64,000 nt of DNA, from contig NC_087438.1 in the NCBI RefSeq assembly GCF_036321535.1, positions 6,078,001-6,142,000 on the forward strand. Direction: 5' to 3'. The notes beneath the pieces are model-generated. The model worked only from the letters and a program-made list of their open reading frames with translations. It did not search any database and was not told the origin of the DNA. Shown here piece after piece: positions 62,818-64,000 of this stretch (the first letter of the stretch is position 1; every line of letters starts with the position of its first letter). The stretch comes from Camelus dromedarius (taxonomy: Eukaryota). The position numbers and the translations under genes are program-made.

Positions 62818-64000
62818 TAGATAATATATGTACTTATTTATTGCAGTTTTAGAATAGCTTGTCAGTACTAATTATATTCCATTAGATTTTTTTGAAATTG
62901 TATTAGTCACATAGAATAATTCAAAGTGACAGACATATTTAGATTGCTGAATCCTCCCCTTCAAGACCATAATGTGCGTTTCCATTTATGTAAATCTTCT
63001 CTCATGCCACCAAGGAGGCGTTTTAGTGGCTGTTATAGCATAATTTATGTCAACCTTTTTCTAACGACAAGTAATTATTTTTATCTTTAATCTATTAATA
63101 GTGGTATAGTAAAAATACTCTGCATAAATATTTGACATGCTCTAATTAATTGCCTATCATAAATGAATAGAGAAGGACTACTAAATTAAAGATAATAATG
63201 ATCTTTATACTCTTGATTACTGTCAAATAATATCTTAGAAAAATTGCATGAATTTTCTTTCCCACCAGCAATACATCTATATGAGTAATTTCATGCAATC
63301 TTACTATTATTAAATTTTACCTTTCCTCAGTAAATCATTCAAGTGAAAGGTAAGATGGATAGATAGGTAGATAACATGCATGTTTTATGAGTGTTGGTGA
63401 AGATATCCCCACAAATAAGTATATAACATGCATGTGTATACATGTATGTAAGTATACACACATACATATGTTTTTAACCTAAGCAGTGAAATCTACACAC
63501 ATTCACACGCATATTCATGTACACATATGTATGCATGCACATATATTGTTGGCTGTTGCTAGCAGAGTTAGAAATCATTATATGATCAGTTGTATGTAAG
63601 TTGTGCCCTCTGACTTCCCACTGGAGTGCAATGCAAACCCCAGACATTATACCACTTTACCTGCAAATTATCCACTAAGAATCTTTAACAGGTATGAATG
63701 CAACACCATTATTGCTATTAGCAAAATCATAGTACTTCTTTATAGCTATATAATAATCGTTTGTTGTTTACATTTTCCCGCATCTCACAAATATTTGATG
63801 TTTTAGACTTTTTTCTTTTGTTTTTCTGTTCTCTTTATCAATGGTATATTAGATTAAAATTATTTAAAATAAGACTACATTTAATATGCTTGTGCATATA
63901 TCCTTGTAAATGTGTGATTCATTTTATCTTCAGTCTCTATATATAAGTGGAATTGTGGGATTTTGGAACAAATGCATCTTCTCCTTTCTTCCTTTTTTTC

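Noticed and set aside
1..64000. Prokaryotic-type systems, tRNA/rRNA genes, intact ERV or viral ORFs
   Set aside because: No operon-like ORF density, repeat-spacer array, recognisable structural RNA, or gag/pol/env coding sequence was seen.

Overview
Mammalian nuclear DNA, largely intergenic or intronic. It is probably from a camelid: the youngest L1 3' UTRs resemble camel/alpaca L1 as I recall them, and I see no Alu, B1/B2, Bov-A/tA, PRE1, CHR2, ERE or CanSINE copies. No intact protein-coding gene can be supported; the ORF track is noise or decayed L1/Tigger remnants. A possible splice donor at 15 and acceptor at 2406 suggest the last exon of an unidentified + strand gene. The rest is ancient eutherian repeats (MIR, L2, L1M, MLT1, ERVL/ERV1 LTRs, Tigger2, MER5, MER20) with unique spacers. 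The most notable items are: three perfect CRE palindromes in 51 bp beside a CpG-rich patch (49.3 kb); an orphan CpG/GC-box island (12.6-13.2 kb); a nest of four L1s (54.6-57.9 kb) containing an internally deleted L1 and an apparent 3' transduction; a twin-primed L1 inversion (14.8-16.0 kb); and a 3'UTR-like insert splitting an MLT1 LTR (47.2-47.6 kb). I found no convincing new multi-gene system. Repeat subfamily names come from recalled consensus sequences, and boundaries are approximate unless stated.
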